Shown here: positions 54,608 to 64,000 of the stretch, piece by piece
How positions within the stretch are numbered: position 1 is the stretch's first letter
Layout: each line of letters begins with the position of its first letter
Origin: an uncultured virus (IMG/VR IMGVR_UViG_3300032214_001084)
Taxonomy: Duplodnaviria > Heunggongvirae > Uroviricota > Caudoviricetes
DNA length: 64,000 nt
Virus record (IMG/VR): IMGVR_UViG_3300032214_001084
Direction: 5' to 3' (one strand)
Program-made: the position numbers and the translations under genes
Notes under the pieces: model-generated
Told to the model about the DNA's origin: nothing
The model's input: only the letters and a program-made list of their open reading frames with translations
Database searches by the model: none

Positions 54608-56499
54608 TTTTCTGCCCAGGTGTCTCCGTAACTAGCGTCTGCTTTAGCAGGAACTTCTTTGAGGATGGTTTCGGCTGCTTCTTTCATGCAGCGCTCAAGT
54701 ACTTCTTTGTAGTACTCGACCTTACCCTCAACTGCTTCAAGTACGATTTCATCGTGCACACAGGCAACTAAGTGAGCCTCATCCCCGAGATAGGGATTCA
54801 GCTTTGCTAAAGACAGCTTAAGGATATCAGCTCCTGCCCCTTGTATCAGCGTGTTGGCACAGGCAGTCATAGTGGCATCGTCGTACGAGAGCAACCGGCG
54901 CCGACCTAAGGGTGTACGGACGTAAGTCCAACCGTCTTCCACCAGAGCCGCACGCTCACGGTGCCACTGCCTCAACCGTGGATAAGCGGAGTGGAACGCC
55001 ATATGAGCGACCTTCGCTTCAGAGAGCGAAATGATCTTGCCGCTTTGCGCTGCGTAAGTCTTGTACTTCCTGTAGCCCATGCCATAGAGGAGCGCGAAGT
55101 TCAACGTCTTGCCCTCCTGGCGCTGACTCTTCTGAACTTCTTCAAGCGGCACCTTGTAGATAAGGCTTGCTGTCACCGTGTGAAGATCGTGCCCATCTTT
55201 GAAGGCTTGGATCATTTGAGGGATACCGATCAGCTCGGCACCTAGGCGTAGTTCGATCTGACTGAAGTCACAGATAATAAGTTGGTAACCAGGCGTGGCA
55301 ATGAAACACTCGCGAAATTCTTTATCCCTAGGGATTTGCTGAGCGTTAATCGCAAACTGGTTTTTAACTTTTTTAGCTGCGGTTTTCTTAGCACCGCTTG
55401 ATGTGAACCGCCCTGAGTTGGCGCCGTACTGGTTGTACCCTGAGTGGATTCGATGAGTGATCGGGTTGATGTTAGCTATCAGTTTTTCAACGTGCTCTAA
55501 CTGGGTTTCAATCTTGGTTCGTTTCCTATAGAGATTGAGCAAAGGGTCGTCGCTGTCAAACTCTGCGAGTGATATCTGATTGAGTGTTGTCTTTCCTGTA
55601 GAAGGGTTTGTTGGTAAAGCAACGCCAAGTGCGTCGAAGAATTTTTTGCACTGCGAACCAGATCCAGGGTTGAATTCCTTTCGGAGGTTCTTGCCGATTG
55701 CCAAAGATCCATCGATGTTTCGTGGGAGCTTGAGGTCGGGAGGCAGGGCCGCGTCGAGCTTAGTACAGAATTCTAGTGTGACCTCTTCTAGCTTGAGCTC
55801 TACAGCACCCTTCAGGGCTATCAGTTTGCTAACGTCGACGTTGAATCCCCTGTGACACATCCTCGCCACGGGGCGTACACACTTCGACTCCAGCGAATAA
55901 ATATCGAGTAGAGACTCTTCCACCAGTTCTTTAAGTTGGTCTGCTGCGATGCTGGGCAGAAGGTCGACGTCTTTAGCCGCATATTCGATCTGCTCGATAT
56001 CGAGATCTTCCTTGCTCCAGTCAGACACCTGTTGTTCTTTGCTGATGTCTAAGTCCAATCGCCGACTAACCACGGCTTTTAGCGAGCAGCTGACATCATC
56101 GAAATAAGGCTTTTGGAGTTTAGGTGAGACTTTTTTCTCTTTAAATCCAGCCCGCAGACAGCGTTCAGCTACATAGGTATCAAATATTTTGCCTTTGTAG
56201 TCGATACCCAGAGATAGGAGAAACTGAAGGTCAAAGTTCAGGTTGTGACCCAAAAGCATCTCGCGACTCTCGATCAGCTCCTTCAGACCAGAAAGCTTCT
56301 TTACCTTGAACAGATCCAAGACATAGACAGTTCTGTTTTCTACTTTTTCGTCAGTGGTGCAGAGCTGAAGCAAGCGCAGTTTTGAAACGTGCGAGTCAAG
56401 CCCAGTCGTTTCGGCGTCAAGACAAAGCTTTGGGATTTGATTTAGTTCTTCAATTGACTGCTGGAACTTGTTGTCGCTGTCCGCGTAGAAGATTTTCAT
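54604..56499 (-). CDS. polA: family A DNA polymerase (3'-5' exo + pol)
   Basis: ExoI LDAETT, ExoII HNLNFD, ExoIII YAAKD; motif A DFSQIELR; motif B KTLNFALLYG (Phe at the 762-equivalent); motif C VHDE. Confidence 0.95.
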   Translation of the reverse strand: MKIFYADSDNKFQQSIEELNQIPKLCLDAETTGLDSHVSKLRLLQLCTTDEKVENRTVYVLDLFKVKKLSGLKELIESREMLLGHNLNFDLQFLLSLGIDYKGKIFDTYVAERCLRAGFKEKKVSPKLQKPYFDDVSCSLKAVVSRRLDLDISKEQQVSDWSKEDLDIEQIEYAAKDVDLLPSIAADQLKELVEESLLDIYSLESKCVRPVARMCHRGFNVDVSKLIALKGAVELKLEEVTLEFCTKLDAALPPDLKLPRNIDGSLAIGKNLRKEFNPGSGSQCKKFFDALGVALPTNPSTGKTTLNQISLAEFDSDDPLLNLYRKRTKIETQLEHVEKLIANINPITHRIHSGYNQYGANSGRFTSSGAKKTAAKKVKNQFAINAQQIPRDKEFRECFIATPGYQLIICDFSQIELRLGAELIGIPQMIQAFKDGHDLHTVTASLIYKVPLEEVQKSQRQEGKTLNFALLYGMGYRKYKTYAAQSGKIISLSEAKVAHMAFHSAYPRLRQWHRERAALVEDGWTYVRTPLGRRRLLSYDDATMTACANTLIQGAGADILKLSLAKLNPYLGDEAHLVACVHDEIVLEAVEGKVEYYKEVLERCMKEAAETILKEVPAKADASYGDTWAEK

Positions 56500-56505
56500 G
56501 AGAGT

Positions 56506-56532
56506 AAAAAAAGGGGCATCTTTCGACGCCCC
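56506..56532 (-). terminator. Rho-independent terminator
   Basis: GGGGCGTC-GAAA-GATGCCCC-TTTTTTT. Confidence 0.85.
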
Positions 56533-56553
56533 GTGGATTCAGTGGTCCGTCGT

Positions 56554-57366
56554 TCAGGCAGCGTAGGACTTTTTCTCCCGAATGCGGCTGCTCCAGCGGT
56601 GACTGATGAAATCGGCAATGTCGCCCCACTCGCGAGCAACCTTCTGACCCATGGCAGTTGGCGACACGGCGTAAACAACGCGACGGAGCTGTCGGCTGTT
56701 CTCATCCAGCTCTTTGTCCTGACTGCCGAATTCAATCAGTTCCTTCAGCTCAATCAGATCCCACTCTTTCAGCAGCTGAGCGCCGTCGCGAACCGCTGTG
56801 TAAACAGGCGACGCGTGGTAGCAAGCGCTGCGAGGAACGTTCGGCCCCTGGTTGAGTGTCCGGTAGTGGCCGTCACCGTCCTTGCAGAAGCCCATGAAAC
56901 ACTGAGAGTCGGGACTCACAGAGCCACGATAAGCCATGCTGTTTACACAGCTAGTAGCGATCTGACGGAGCGTCCGGCTGTGACCGTCAGAGATCCCATC
57001 CAGGATCATCGCGGCGCCGAGCGATTTAAGGTTATTCACCTTGCAAAGATCTTCGATCGCTTCGCCAGGATTATCGATGATTTTTTTGATTTCAATCCGA
57101 GAAATCCTATTTGCATCGGTGCGGGTGTAGCTCCGTTTTTTAGGAGCTTCTACTCCTTCGATAGCGAACTTGGCAGCCAGCGATGCTAGCGTGGGGTTTT
57201 TGGTTTCAACGCTGATAGAGAACAGCTTTTTAGCGTCAATCATTGCAGGGTCAACGTGCTCGGCAATGTCGACCACGATTGATTCCTTGCGACCCGCTGC
57301 GTTCAGAAGCGCTTTTGCCTCGTTGTTGTCGAGGGTTGTGTCGCCGATCTTAAACGTGAAGTTCAT
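56554..57366 (-). CDS. hypothetical protein, possible winged-helix C-terminus
   Basis: 270-aa ORF with biased codons and its own terminator. Confidence 0.6.
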   Translation of the reverse strand: MNFTFKIGDTTLDNNEAKALLNAAGRKESIVVDIAEHVDPAMIDAKKLFSISVETKNPTLASLAAKFAIEGVEAPKKRSYTRTDANRISRIEIKKIIDNPGEAIEDLCKVNNLKSLGAAMILDGISDGHSRTLRQIATSCVNSMAYRGSVSPDSQCFMGFCKDGDGHYRTLNQGPNVPRSACYHASPVYTAVRDGAQLLKEWDLIELKELIEFGSQDKELDENSRQLRRVVYAVSPTAMGQKVAREWGDIADFISHRWSSRIREKKSYAA

Positions 57367-57445
57367 GTAATGGGGGCAGAACAGATGAATGGTATCTTTC
57401 CAATGCTGCGACGCAAGAGTTTTTCAGCTTTTTTTAAGAATTCAG

Positions 57446-57874
57446 TCACTTGCGCTTCATACTCAGCACCTCCTTCATGGAGCTCACCGTTTCGTACCAT
57501 GCACTGATCTCGTCTGTGATCTGTACAGCCATTAGTTCAAAATCATGTTCTGACAGCATCAGCTGCATTTCAACGTCCGCTTTATCGTTCAGTTTCTTGA
57601 CTCCGTAATTTTTGTAGAGGAAACCGCTTAGCAATATGCAGTGCTCAGTTACGTCATTCTCGATCAATCTTGTCGCGTTGATCAACTCAGTTTGCGGTGC
57701 ATAAAGGAGTACAGCTTCTCGGAACCTAAAGAGCTCTGGCTTTCCTTCATACAAATTGTGATACGTGTCAAATAGCTGTTGTGCCAACCAATCTTCAAGC
57801 TCGAACTTTTCTGTAGCTGGTGAGTACTCAGCTTCTATTCGTCTGACGACTTTTGCGTCTGTATGTCTATCCAT
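57446..57874 (-). CDS. hypothetical protein
   Basis: 142-aa ORF. Confidence 0.55.
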   Translation of the reverse strand: MDRHTDAKVVRRIEAEYSPATEKFELEDWLAQQLFDTYHNLYEGKPELFRFREAVLLYAPQTELINATRLIENDVTEHCILLSGFLYKNYGVKKLNDKADVEMQLMLSEHDFELMAVQITDEISAWYETVSSMKEVLSMKRK

Positions 57875-57927
57875 AAGAGGGGCGGCAGATGCCCCTCAAT
57901 CTAAGGGCAGTTCTAACTTAGGGATAC

Positions 57928-59469
57928 TCAGCGGAGTGCATCTTGAAACAACTCTGCGCTTTTAGGATCGTCCAGAACATCTATTGTGTGCACATAGTCA
58001 CTAAACTCTTTGAGTACACGCGCTTGCTTACCGATACAGAAGCTATTCCATTGCACACCATGCTCTTGTTTAAATGCGTTGAGGCGCCGCACGAAGGGGT
58101 CTGAGACCTCGGCGTTTCCGTCTGTAATCATAAGAATGTCGGCTTTTTCGACGAAGTTAATTTCCGACAGCGCGTGGTTGATAACAGAGCAGAAAGATGT
58201 ACCTCCCCTTGTCGTCCAGCTAAGTACAAAGTTAAGCAGGCGTTCGTTATCCGAACGGTCTTTATCCAGGTGAATACTTTTTTGCACAAGCGTGTCGAAT
58301 AAGTGTATGTGTGTCGCACGCTTCTGTTTGAGGCACTCCTCGGCAATTACGTAGGCGATAGCTTTTGACCAGAGCTCACACTCGCCTGCCATCGATCCAC
58401 TGATATCGATGTATAGCACCACTGGGCCTTTATCAAGTTCCTTGATCTTTGCTTCGTAGTCTTTGCAAAGCAATGTTTTTTGACTGTACTTCAGAGCAAA
58501 CAAAGCACGACCTTGCTCTGTGGCAGCTAAGGCGATCTCAGCAGGAAATGCTTTGGTCACTGTATCTGAGAACTTGGCACCTACTATGTCGCTGTAACTA
58601 GTCTGCGACCTACGAGCCCGCTTGCGATCAGCCCAAGCTTGCCGCAAAGCCCCGAGTCGGCGCACAAGCTCTTTAAGACCAGGGTTGTTGCTGAGCTTCC
58701 TAGCAAGGTTGCGTTTTTGATCAAGATCGTTAAGAGCGACTCCTTTGCCAGCTTCGGTGCCAGCGAGAGCAGCCATAGCTTCTTGATTGTCTTTAGCGGC
58801 CTGATGCGCCCGATCAACCGCCTTATCTACTTGAGGTTGCATTTGTTCACTCATTTGGAGCAAGCTTTGCTCCATTTGTCGGCCAAGCTCCTTACCTTGC
58901 TGACGCAGCTGCGCAGCTTTGGCGTTGTCGCCTTGCTTCTTAGCCTCCATGAACTGTTCACGAATATCTTGAAGTTGCTGAGCGCCTTGACTGAGGAGTT
59001 CTTCGCTGAGCGAGTTGCCCTCAAGCTCGACCATCAGGATCTCGCTGAGTTCGTTGAGTACGTTTACAGCGTTATTACCTGATGTGAACTGGTCGCCGAT
59101 CGAGAGGGCAACCAACCGTGGCCACGCAGGAGACTCGCACACTTGTACAAATAAGTTGTACCAGAATGCGTACTCAGGTTTGTATCCCTTGGGGAAGTCT
59201 GGGTTTTGTCCGTTCTGCTTGGCGCGGAAGTAGGACTCAACCTCATCGAAATTGATGACCGTAGTTACTTGGCCGCCGTTGTACAGGAAATCGAATAGCT
59301 CTTTACCGAAACGAGAGAGCTGTTTGATGTTGTACTTGTCTTCTAAGTATCTGACGATGGGACGCGCATCTCGAATGAAGTCATCCCACAAGAAGTCAGA
59401 GAGTGCAGAGACAGCGAGCACGAGAGGCTCATTGTTTACGAGGCGAAGAAACTCGGTGTTAGTTTTCAT
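57928..59469 (-). CDS. vWA-domain protein (ViaA-like)
   Basis: KGPVVLYIDISGSM (MIDAS), GGT.F, ADILMITDG. Confidence 0.85.
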   Translation of the reverse strand: MKTNTEFLRLVNNEPLVLAVSALSDFLWDDFIRDARPIVRYLEDKYNIKQLSRFGKELFDFLYNGGQVTTVINFDEVESYFRAKQNGQNPDFPKGYKPEYAFWYNLFVQVCESPAWPRLVALSIGDQFTSGNNAVNVLNELSEILMVELEGNSLSEELLSQGAQQLQDIREQFMEAKKQGDNAKAAQLRQQGKELGRQMEQSLLQMSEQMQPQVDKAVDRAHQAAKDNQEAMAALAGTEAGKGVALNDLDQKRNLARKLSNNPGLKELVRRLGALRQAWADRKRARRSQTSYSDIVGAKFSDTVTKAFPAEIALAATEQGRALFALKYSQKTLLCKDYEAKIKELDKGPVVLYIDISGSMAGECELWSKAIAYVIAEECLKQKRATHIHLFDTLVQKSIHLDKDRSDNERLLNFVLSWTTRGGTSFCSVINHALSEINFVEKADILMITDGNAEVSDPFVRRLNAFKQEHGVQWNSFCIGKQARVLKEFSDYVHTIDVLDDPKSAELFQDALR

Positions 59470-60650
59470 GATGAGACGTTAGAGATTGAAGCTGCGACTG
59501 ATTGAGATGAAGACTCGATAGTTTGAGCAAGCTTGGTTGCAGACTGTCGAGCACTGGCGCTGATTCTGTATTGACCAGATTCCAAGATGTTATCTAGTTT
59601 GTTTGACAGAGTTTCTAAGTCACGGTGCATCTTTCGAAGCTTGCCGACCAGGCGATTTAAATCGTCGACGCTCTTAGATTCTGCCGCGTGGAGAGCGTGG
59701 TATTCAGTGAGAATTCCGCTGTGAGCTCGCTTGATACTTTCCATCAGCTTTTCAGCTGTAGGTACAGCTTGCTCTAGCACTTCTTTAACTACCTGTATAT
59801 CATCTTGTGTTTGATACACAATGTGCACGAGCGAGCGGTGAAGGTGCTCCGGGAACAGCTCCTCGTCGCCTTGCACAACAGCCCAGCCTCGTAAGAACTT
59901 GAGGATCTGAACTCTTCGCCGGTCGCTGATTGTGATTCCTCTGGTAGCTAACAGGTCAATCACCTGCGTAAAAGAATCTAGAAACTCATCGCTGACACTC
60001 ACGTTTGCCACTTCTTCTTGGAGAGTGGTCAAGTCTTCAAATGTCAAATTAGATTCAACTACCGGTCGCTGCTTAATGCCGAGAGCCCACATATCCAAAC
60101 TTCTCTTGGAGGTTGGTTTCTTAAGGAGATCTACGGTCGGTCGGAACAAGAATCGATCGCAGAAAGCTTGAAGCGATTCTTCTTGAGGGAAGGAGTTGGT
60201 TGCTGCGACAATCGACTGAATTGGAGTTTCTAAAACTTCGCGACCGTTATTGAAAGTCCGCTCGTTCAGGATTGTCAGCAAAGAATTAAGAACTGCTGAG
60301 CTGCCACGAAAGAGTTCATCCAAGAATGCGATGTTTGAGGTTGGCAGATACCCTTTAACATCACGAACATACTCGTCATTCAATAGCTTGGACACAGCTA
60401 CAGGACCGAATAACTCAGAAGGATCCGTGGTGGGAGAAAGAAGGTAACCGAAGAATTGAGACTCTTTGAATCCGTTTGATACTGCTCGGACAAGCTCAGA
60501 TTTACCCGTGCCAGGCAGCCCGAACAGAAAGCTATTTTGTTTTGTAATCAGGGACGCGAGTAGTCCATCAATGATGTCAGCACGCTCTAGGAAGCTGGTG
60601 TTAAGTGATGCGCGGAAGCTTTGAAGGTTCGAGAAGAGTGTGTCGTTCAT
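59466..60650 (-). CDS. MoxR-family AAA+ ATPase (RavA-like)
   Basis: GLPGTGKS, T.PSELFGP, IAFLDE, LNSLLTILNER, AATN, A..DRF, SDRR. Confidence 0.88.
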   Translation of the reverse strand: MNDTLFSNLQSFRASLNTSFLERADIIDGLLASLITKQNSFLFGLPGTGKSELVRAVSNGFKESQFFGYLLSPTTDPSELFGPVAVSKLLNDEYVRDVKGYLPTSNIAFLDELFRGSSAVLNSLLTILNERTFNNGREVLETPIQSIVAATNSFPQEESLQAFCDRFLFRPTVDLLKKPTSKRSLDMWALGIKQRPVVESNLTFEDLTTLQEEVANVSVSDEFLDSFTQVIDLLATRGITISDRRRVQILKFLRGWAVVQGDEELFPEHLHRSLVHIVYQTQDDIQVVKEVLEQAVPTAEKLMESIKRAHSGILTEYHALHAAESKSVDDLNRLVGKLRKMHRDLETLSNKLDNILESGQYRISASARQSATKLAQTIESSSQSVAASISNVSS

Positions 60651-60770
60651 TAGTCGAAGATTGTTGAAAGTGCTTTAAACAGGTTTTTTAAAAGATCTCT
60701 CTTTAGATTCCTGTGCGGCTTAGAGAGACTTTTAGTGACAAGTAGAAGTCTGTAGTCTTTTGAGGAAAGC

Positions 60771-61988
60771 CTAGAAATCAAGATCATCTGTCGATTCAAC
60801 TTCAATAGTTTTTACCTCGTCAATAAGATCATCAAGGTTTGCGGATTGAGCTTTGACCAACTCAGCTCGTTGATCAAACAAGGTTTGCAAATGCTTCGCT
60901 CGTTGGTGGTAAACATCTTTCTCGACCTGAAGCTCGTGGTAGAGCTGATCGAGCTGTTCCTGGTTGTCAGCAGAGTTGATCTTCGCCAAGAGATCTTTAT
61001 ATGTACTAGAGAGTGCCAAGGAACGCTTCAGTGATTCGAGACCATCGCTCGTGTTGCGCGATTCAACAATCGACTCAAGCTCCTTACGAATCTTCGTTTT
61101 TAGGTTTGCATAGTCTTTGAATGCTTGGTTTTTAACTTTGGCCGTAGCTGACTGAAGCCTGACACCTACATCGAGCAAATCATTCGATAGCGTCGAAAGA
61201 TTCTCAAATCCTGGGCAATGGCGAGTGATCAGCTGCAAAGTCTCAGCAGTAATTTGCCAAGACCCACGCCGCTTACTTCCTCCAGTTTGACGTTCGCCAA
61301 TCTTGGAAGACACACGAACATCAAGATCGTCTAATAGTTCAGCGGCTTTAGCGAGTGCGCGATCAGCAGCACCCTCCCTCGCCGCCTCAAGCACTTCGTT
61401 TGTGTTGAGCACCGCTGCCTCTTGAATGGCCGTGGAGATCGAATGCTCCTCTTTGCTATCAGAAACCTCCAGGCTCACAGGGTTGGGTCCGACCACAAAC
61501 ACCTTGATCGGATTTTCGAACTCCTGTTTCGTAGGGAAGATAGTCAAGTAAGCTTCCTTAGCGAGCTTGAAGCCTTCTGTGTCGTCACGGAACAAAGGCT
61601 CTAAGAAACCTTCAACGGTGTTTGACCAGCGAGTGTACTCTTCAAGCCAAAGCTCATTGAGCTTCTCGTTGTAGTTAGAAGCATCAGAACGGATCTTTGT
61701 GATGCGTTCCATAGCCTCTTCGAAATAATCCTCATGGAGGAAGTGAACATCTCCGTTATGGATTGTGCACTCGTCGTAAAGCTTACGTTGTTCTATACGC
61801 AGTAGATTCAAAAACTCTTTAAGTTTGCCTGAGAGTGTTGGACGTACAGAAACTGATTGCTGTTTTTCAAGCACGTCAATCACAGTGTCTGGCAGCTGTA
61901 GATCTGCCATCTTGATCTGCGTGCTCTGCCTTACGGATGCGCTAACGGAACAGTGAAGGAGGAAGATTTTGTCGTTGCTCATGATCAC
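60771..61988 (-). CDS. helical hypothetical protein (DUF3150-like)
   Basis: 405-aa coiled-coil-rich ORF preceding the AAA/vWA pair; family call tentative. Confidence 0.45.
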   Translation of the reverse strand: MIMSNDKIFLLHCSVSASVRQSTQIKMADLQLPDTVIDVLEKQQSVSVRPTLSGKLKEFLNLLRIEQRKLYDECTIHNGDVHFLHEDYFEEAMERITKIRSDASNYNEKLNELWLEEYTRWSNTVEGFLEPLFRDDTEGFKLAKEAYLTIFPTKQEFENPIKVFVVGPNPVSLEVSDSKEEHSISTAIQEAAVLNTNEVLEAAREGAADRALAKAAELLDDLDVRVSSKIGERQTGGSKRRGSWQITAETLQLITRHCPGFENLSTLSNDLLDVGVRLQSATAKVKNQAFKDYANLKTKIRKELESIVESRNTSDGLESLKRSLALSSTYKDLLAKINSADNQEQLDQLYHELQVEKDVYHQRAKHLQTLFDQRAELVKAQSANLDDLIDEVKTIEVESTDDLDF

Positions 61989-62410
61989 TTAAGGCGACGG
62001 AAGACGGCGGTGATTTTGTCGGTAACCAGGTCGATGGCTCCGGTGATGTGCAGTTGTTCGATCAAACTGTTCCGCTCGATCTTGGCAATCTTGAGCTTGC
62101 GCTCCAGATCAGCAATCTTTTCGTTCAGCTTCTCGATCTTGGCGTGCGGCGTGGGCAAACGATCTATCCGAACAACGATGTTCGTACGGAACTCAGGAAA
62201 CTTGAATAAAGAATCGTCGCCACGGAAAACATCCAGGTCGATACCGCTGTTGTCTGCTTTGACAAGCATCGAAGTTAGGTTGCTGCGAGCAGACTCATAC
62301 TCGGCACCGAATCCTTCGTTAAGTTGAGCGAGGGCAGTGTCACAGGAGTCGTACCGCTCGGCGCTGATGCGTCCCTGTTCGATCAGGGACTGTTTAGTGA
62401 CCTTAATCAT
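61985..62410 (-). CDS. hypothetical early protein
   Basis: ATG 62410 lies downstream of the sigma70 promoter. Confidence 0.6.
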   Translation of the reverse strand: MIKVTKQSLIEQGRISAERYDSCDTALAQLNEGFGAEYESARSNLTSMLVKADNSGIDLDVFRGDDSLFKFPEFRTNIVVRIDRLPTPHAKIEKLNEKIADLERKLKIAKIERNSLIEQLHITGAIDLVTDKITAVFRRLK

Positions 62411-62467
62411 GTGATGTGATGCGAAGGGAACGCACCGCGTTAAGGGCCGGTGCCGCCCATGCAGAGC

Positions 62468-62496
62468 AATGTACATTCTCCTGAGCACCTTGTCAA
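62468..62496 (-). promoter_or_regulatory. consensus sigma70 promoter (early)
   Basis: TTGACA-17 nt-TACATT on the minus strand. Confidence 0.75.
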
Positions 62497-62667
62497 CCCC
62501 TGCGCAGGGATTTATATTTGGTGACACGAGAGCACAGTTGTTACAACTTTTGTTAATAAGAAAACTTTTTCTAAGTAAAACACTAGCAACAAAACTGGAT
62601 TAACTATGAAGTATTTACCTTTCTCATTTGCGTCTTAGTCTGTTGCGAGGCATCGAAGCCTCAGGAC

Positions 62668-63183
62668 TTACAGGAGCCCCTTGCTACGCGAGACCTTTGC
62701 ATCGTTGTTATACCTCCCAGTGTATCTGTAGCTAGCTTGAGGAGCCTCAGTCATCTCAGTGAAGACAATCTGCCCGCACCGCATACCGGGCCAGAGCGGG
62801 AAGGCTGAGAACTGCTTAGCGTTCTTGAACTCCAGAGTCAACACCGAGTTGTTGAATCCAGGGTCGATGTAGCCAGCGAGCAAATGCTCCAAACCCGCAC
62901 GAGCCAGCGAAGACTTAAGCACGAACTGCGCCGAGATGTAGTCGGGAATGTTAAAGGTCTCAGCTGTTTCAGCCAAGATAAATTCGTTAGGCAGCAGCAG
63001 GTAGGGGTTTTCTCTGGTGTGCTCTGAAATGTTTTTAGGCAACATGCCACCAGCCTCAACCTCAACGTAGAGGTTAGTGCCGAGCGTGACGTCTAGACTG
63101 GCTGGATTGATCAGCGTGGGGTTGAAAGGCTCAATCATGCCCCCCTCGCAGAGAGCTTTAATCCGCCAATCAGGTAAGACCAC
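62668..63183 (-). CDS. dcd: dCTP deaminase
   Basis: INPASLDVTLG, KSSLAR.G, AGYIDPGF, LTLE, GMR..QIVF, Y..GRY. Confidence 0.88.
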   Translation of the reverse strand: MVLPDWRIKALCEGGMIEPFNPTLINPASLDVTLGTNLYVEVEAGGMLPKNISEHTRENPYLLLPNEFILAETAETFNIPDYISAQFVLKSSLARAGLEHLLAGYIDPGFNNSVLTLEFKNAKQFSAFPLWPGMRCGQIVFTEMTEAPQASYRYTGRYNNDAKVSRSKGLL

Positions 63184-63207
63184 AGGAGTAACGAGACTCC
63201 AGTGAGA

Positions 63208-63525
63208 TTAACCTAAGTGGCTGTGAATTTCATCAAAGAGTTCACGACCTTTAGCCGTAAGTCTTACGAGCTTGATTCTTTGATCTGCGTGCCAAGGTTC
63301 TCGACTCACTAGACCCATGCCAGGCTCGCCTTTCTGAGTTTGTGAATCGAGAATGCCGCAGTTACGAGAGACGGAACTCTTAGGGATACCAAGCTTGCGA
63401 GCAATGTCTGTTTGAAGGAGCCCCTCACGAGACTCCCCTACAGCTAGAAAGATAAAGAGTGTTGTACAGGAAACTTCGCGGGGATTGAACTTTGCGAAGG
63501 GTTCTATTGCTTTTGAGAGGAGCAT
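63208..63525 (-). CDS. MarR-like winged-helix regulator
   Basis: QTDIARKLGIPKSSVSRN...GLV.R...D.R.K.V.LT.KG. Confidence 0.8.
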   Translation of the reverse strand: MLLSKAIEPFAKFNPREVSCTTLFIFLAVGESREGLLQTDIARKLGIPKSSVSRNCGILDSQTQKGEPGMGLVSREPWHADQRIKLVRLTAKGRELFDEIHSHLG

Positions 63526-63701
63526 GGAGTTAATTGTAGTAGCTTAATGTCTATTTGATTGAGTTTGTTTAAGGTAGCTTCGATCTCTTCTTTCATCGAC
63601 GGAGACGCCGAAAGTAAATTGAGCTGCTGCCTGGTCATTAAAGAGTTAAGAGCCCTACGCAGCGTAAGGATCTCATCTTTTGTGAAGTTTACTTCTGACA
63701 T
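63504..63701 (-). CDS. small hypothetical protein
   Basis: 65-aa helical ORF. Confidence 0.45.
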   Translation of the reverse strand: MSEVNFTKDEILTLRRALNSLMTRQQLNLLSASPSMKEEIEATLNKLNQIDIKLLQLTPCSSQKQ

Positions 63702-64000
63702 TGTTCTTGGGTGATCTCGTGATGTGATCCAGTGTGATGAGCGTGGACTACCACAGGGCTTAACAGGACAATGCTAGTAAGAACGAGGGTGAGGCTCAGG
63801 GTCGATTTCATTTAGACAGGTCTTCCAAGATGGGGATGAGGCGGTTAGCTAGTTCTTTAGCTTGTTTAGACTTCGAGCCTTTTACAACTGCTAGAAGTGT
63901 TGAAGGAGAGACGTTTGTGTATTCAATATGCTTTTGTGAAATTTGTGATTGTAGTGTGATGGTGATTGGATAAGTCACAAGAGTTTGGCAGCATTGAAGT

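Noticed and set aside
57876..57897. GAGGGGC/GCCCCTC hairpin as a terminator
   Set aside because: No U-tract on either strand; it may be a leader structure but support is too weak to call.
1..64000. Stop-codon reassignment or host chromosomal DNA
   Set aside because: Core genes are full length in the standard code with all three stops in use, and no host housekeeping, rRNA or prophage boundary is visible.

Overview
This 64-kb window is part of a tailed dsDNA phage genome, most likely infecting a (pico)cyanobacterium, judging from NblA-like genes, cyanophage-type small ORFs and mostly -10-only promoters. From 0.4 to 44 kb it is mainly + strand and late/structural: terminase, portal, scaffold and N4-gp56-like major capsid protein, interleaved with four glycosyl-active enzymes, followed by internal/ejection-type proteins, many Ser-Gly-rich fibre or appendage proteins, an endolysin and an intein-containing ThyX. 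From 44 to 64 kb it is - strand and early/replication: D5-type primase-helicase, PD-(D/E)XK exonuclease, tandem SSB, family A DNA polymerase, a MoxR/RavA-like AAA + vWA module behind a consensus sigma70 promoter, and dCTP deaminase. The best-supported hidden features are (1) a 233-nt group I intron splitting the capsid gene after only four codons, with a divergent free-standing endonuclease-like gene beside it, (2) a putative virion-glycosylation system paired with pervasive x-S-G motifs, (3) one clear and one divergent NblA-like gene, (4) a small cassette array with repeated junction motifs that includes a tRNA-like element, and (5) a 500-nt dual-frame overlap of portal and scaffold. All family assignments come from motif recognition by eye; no database searches were run.
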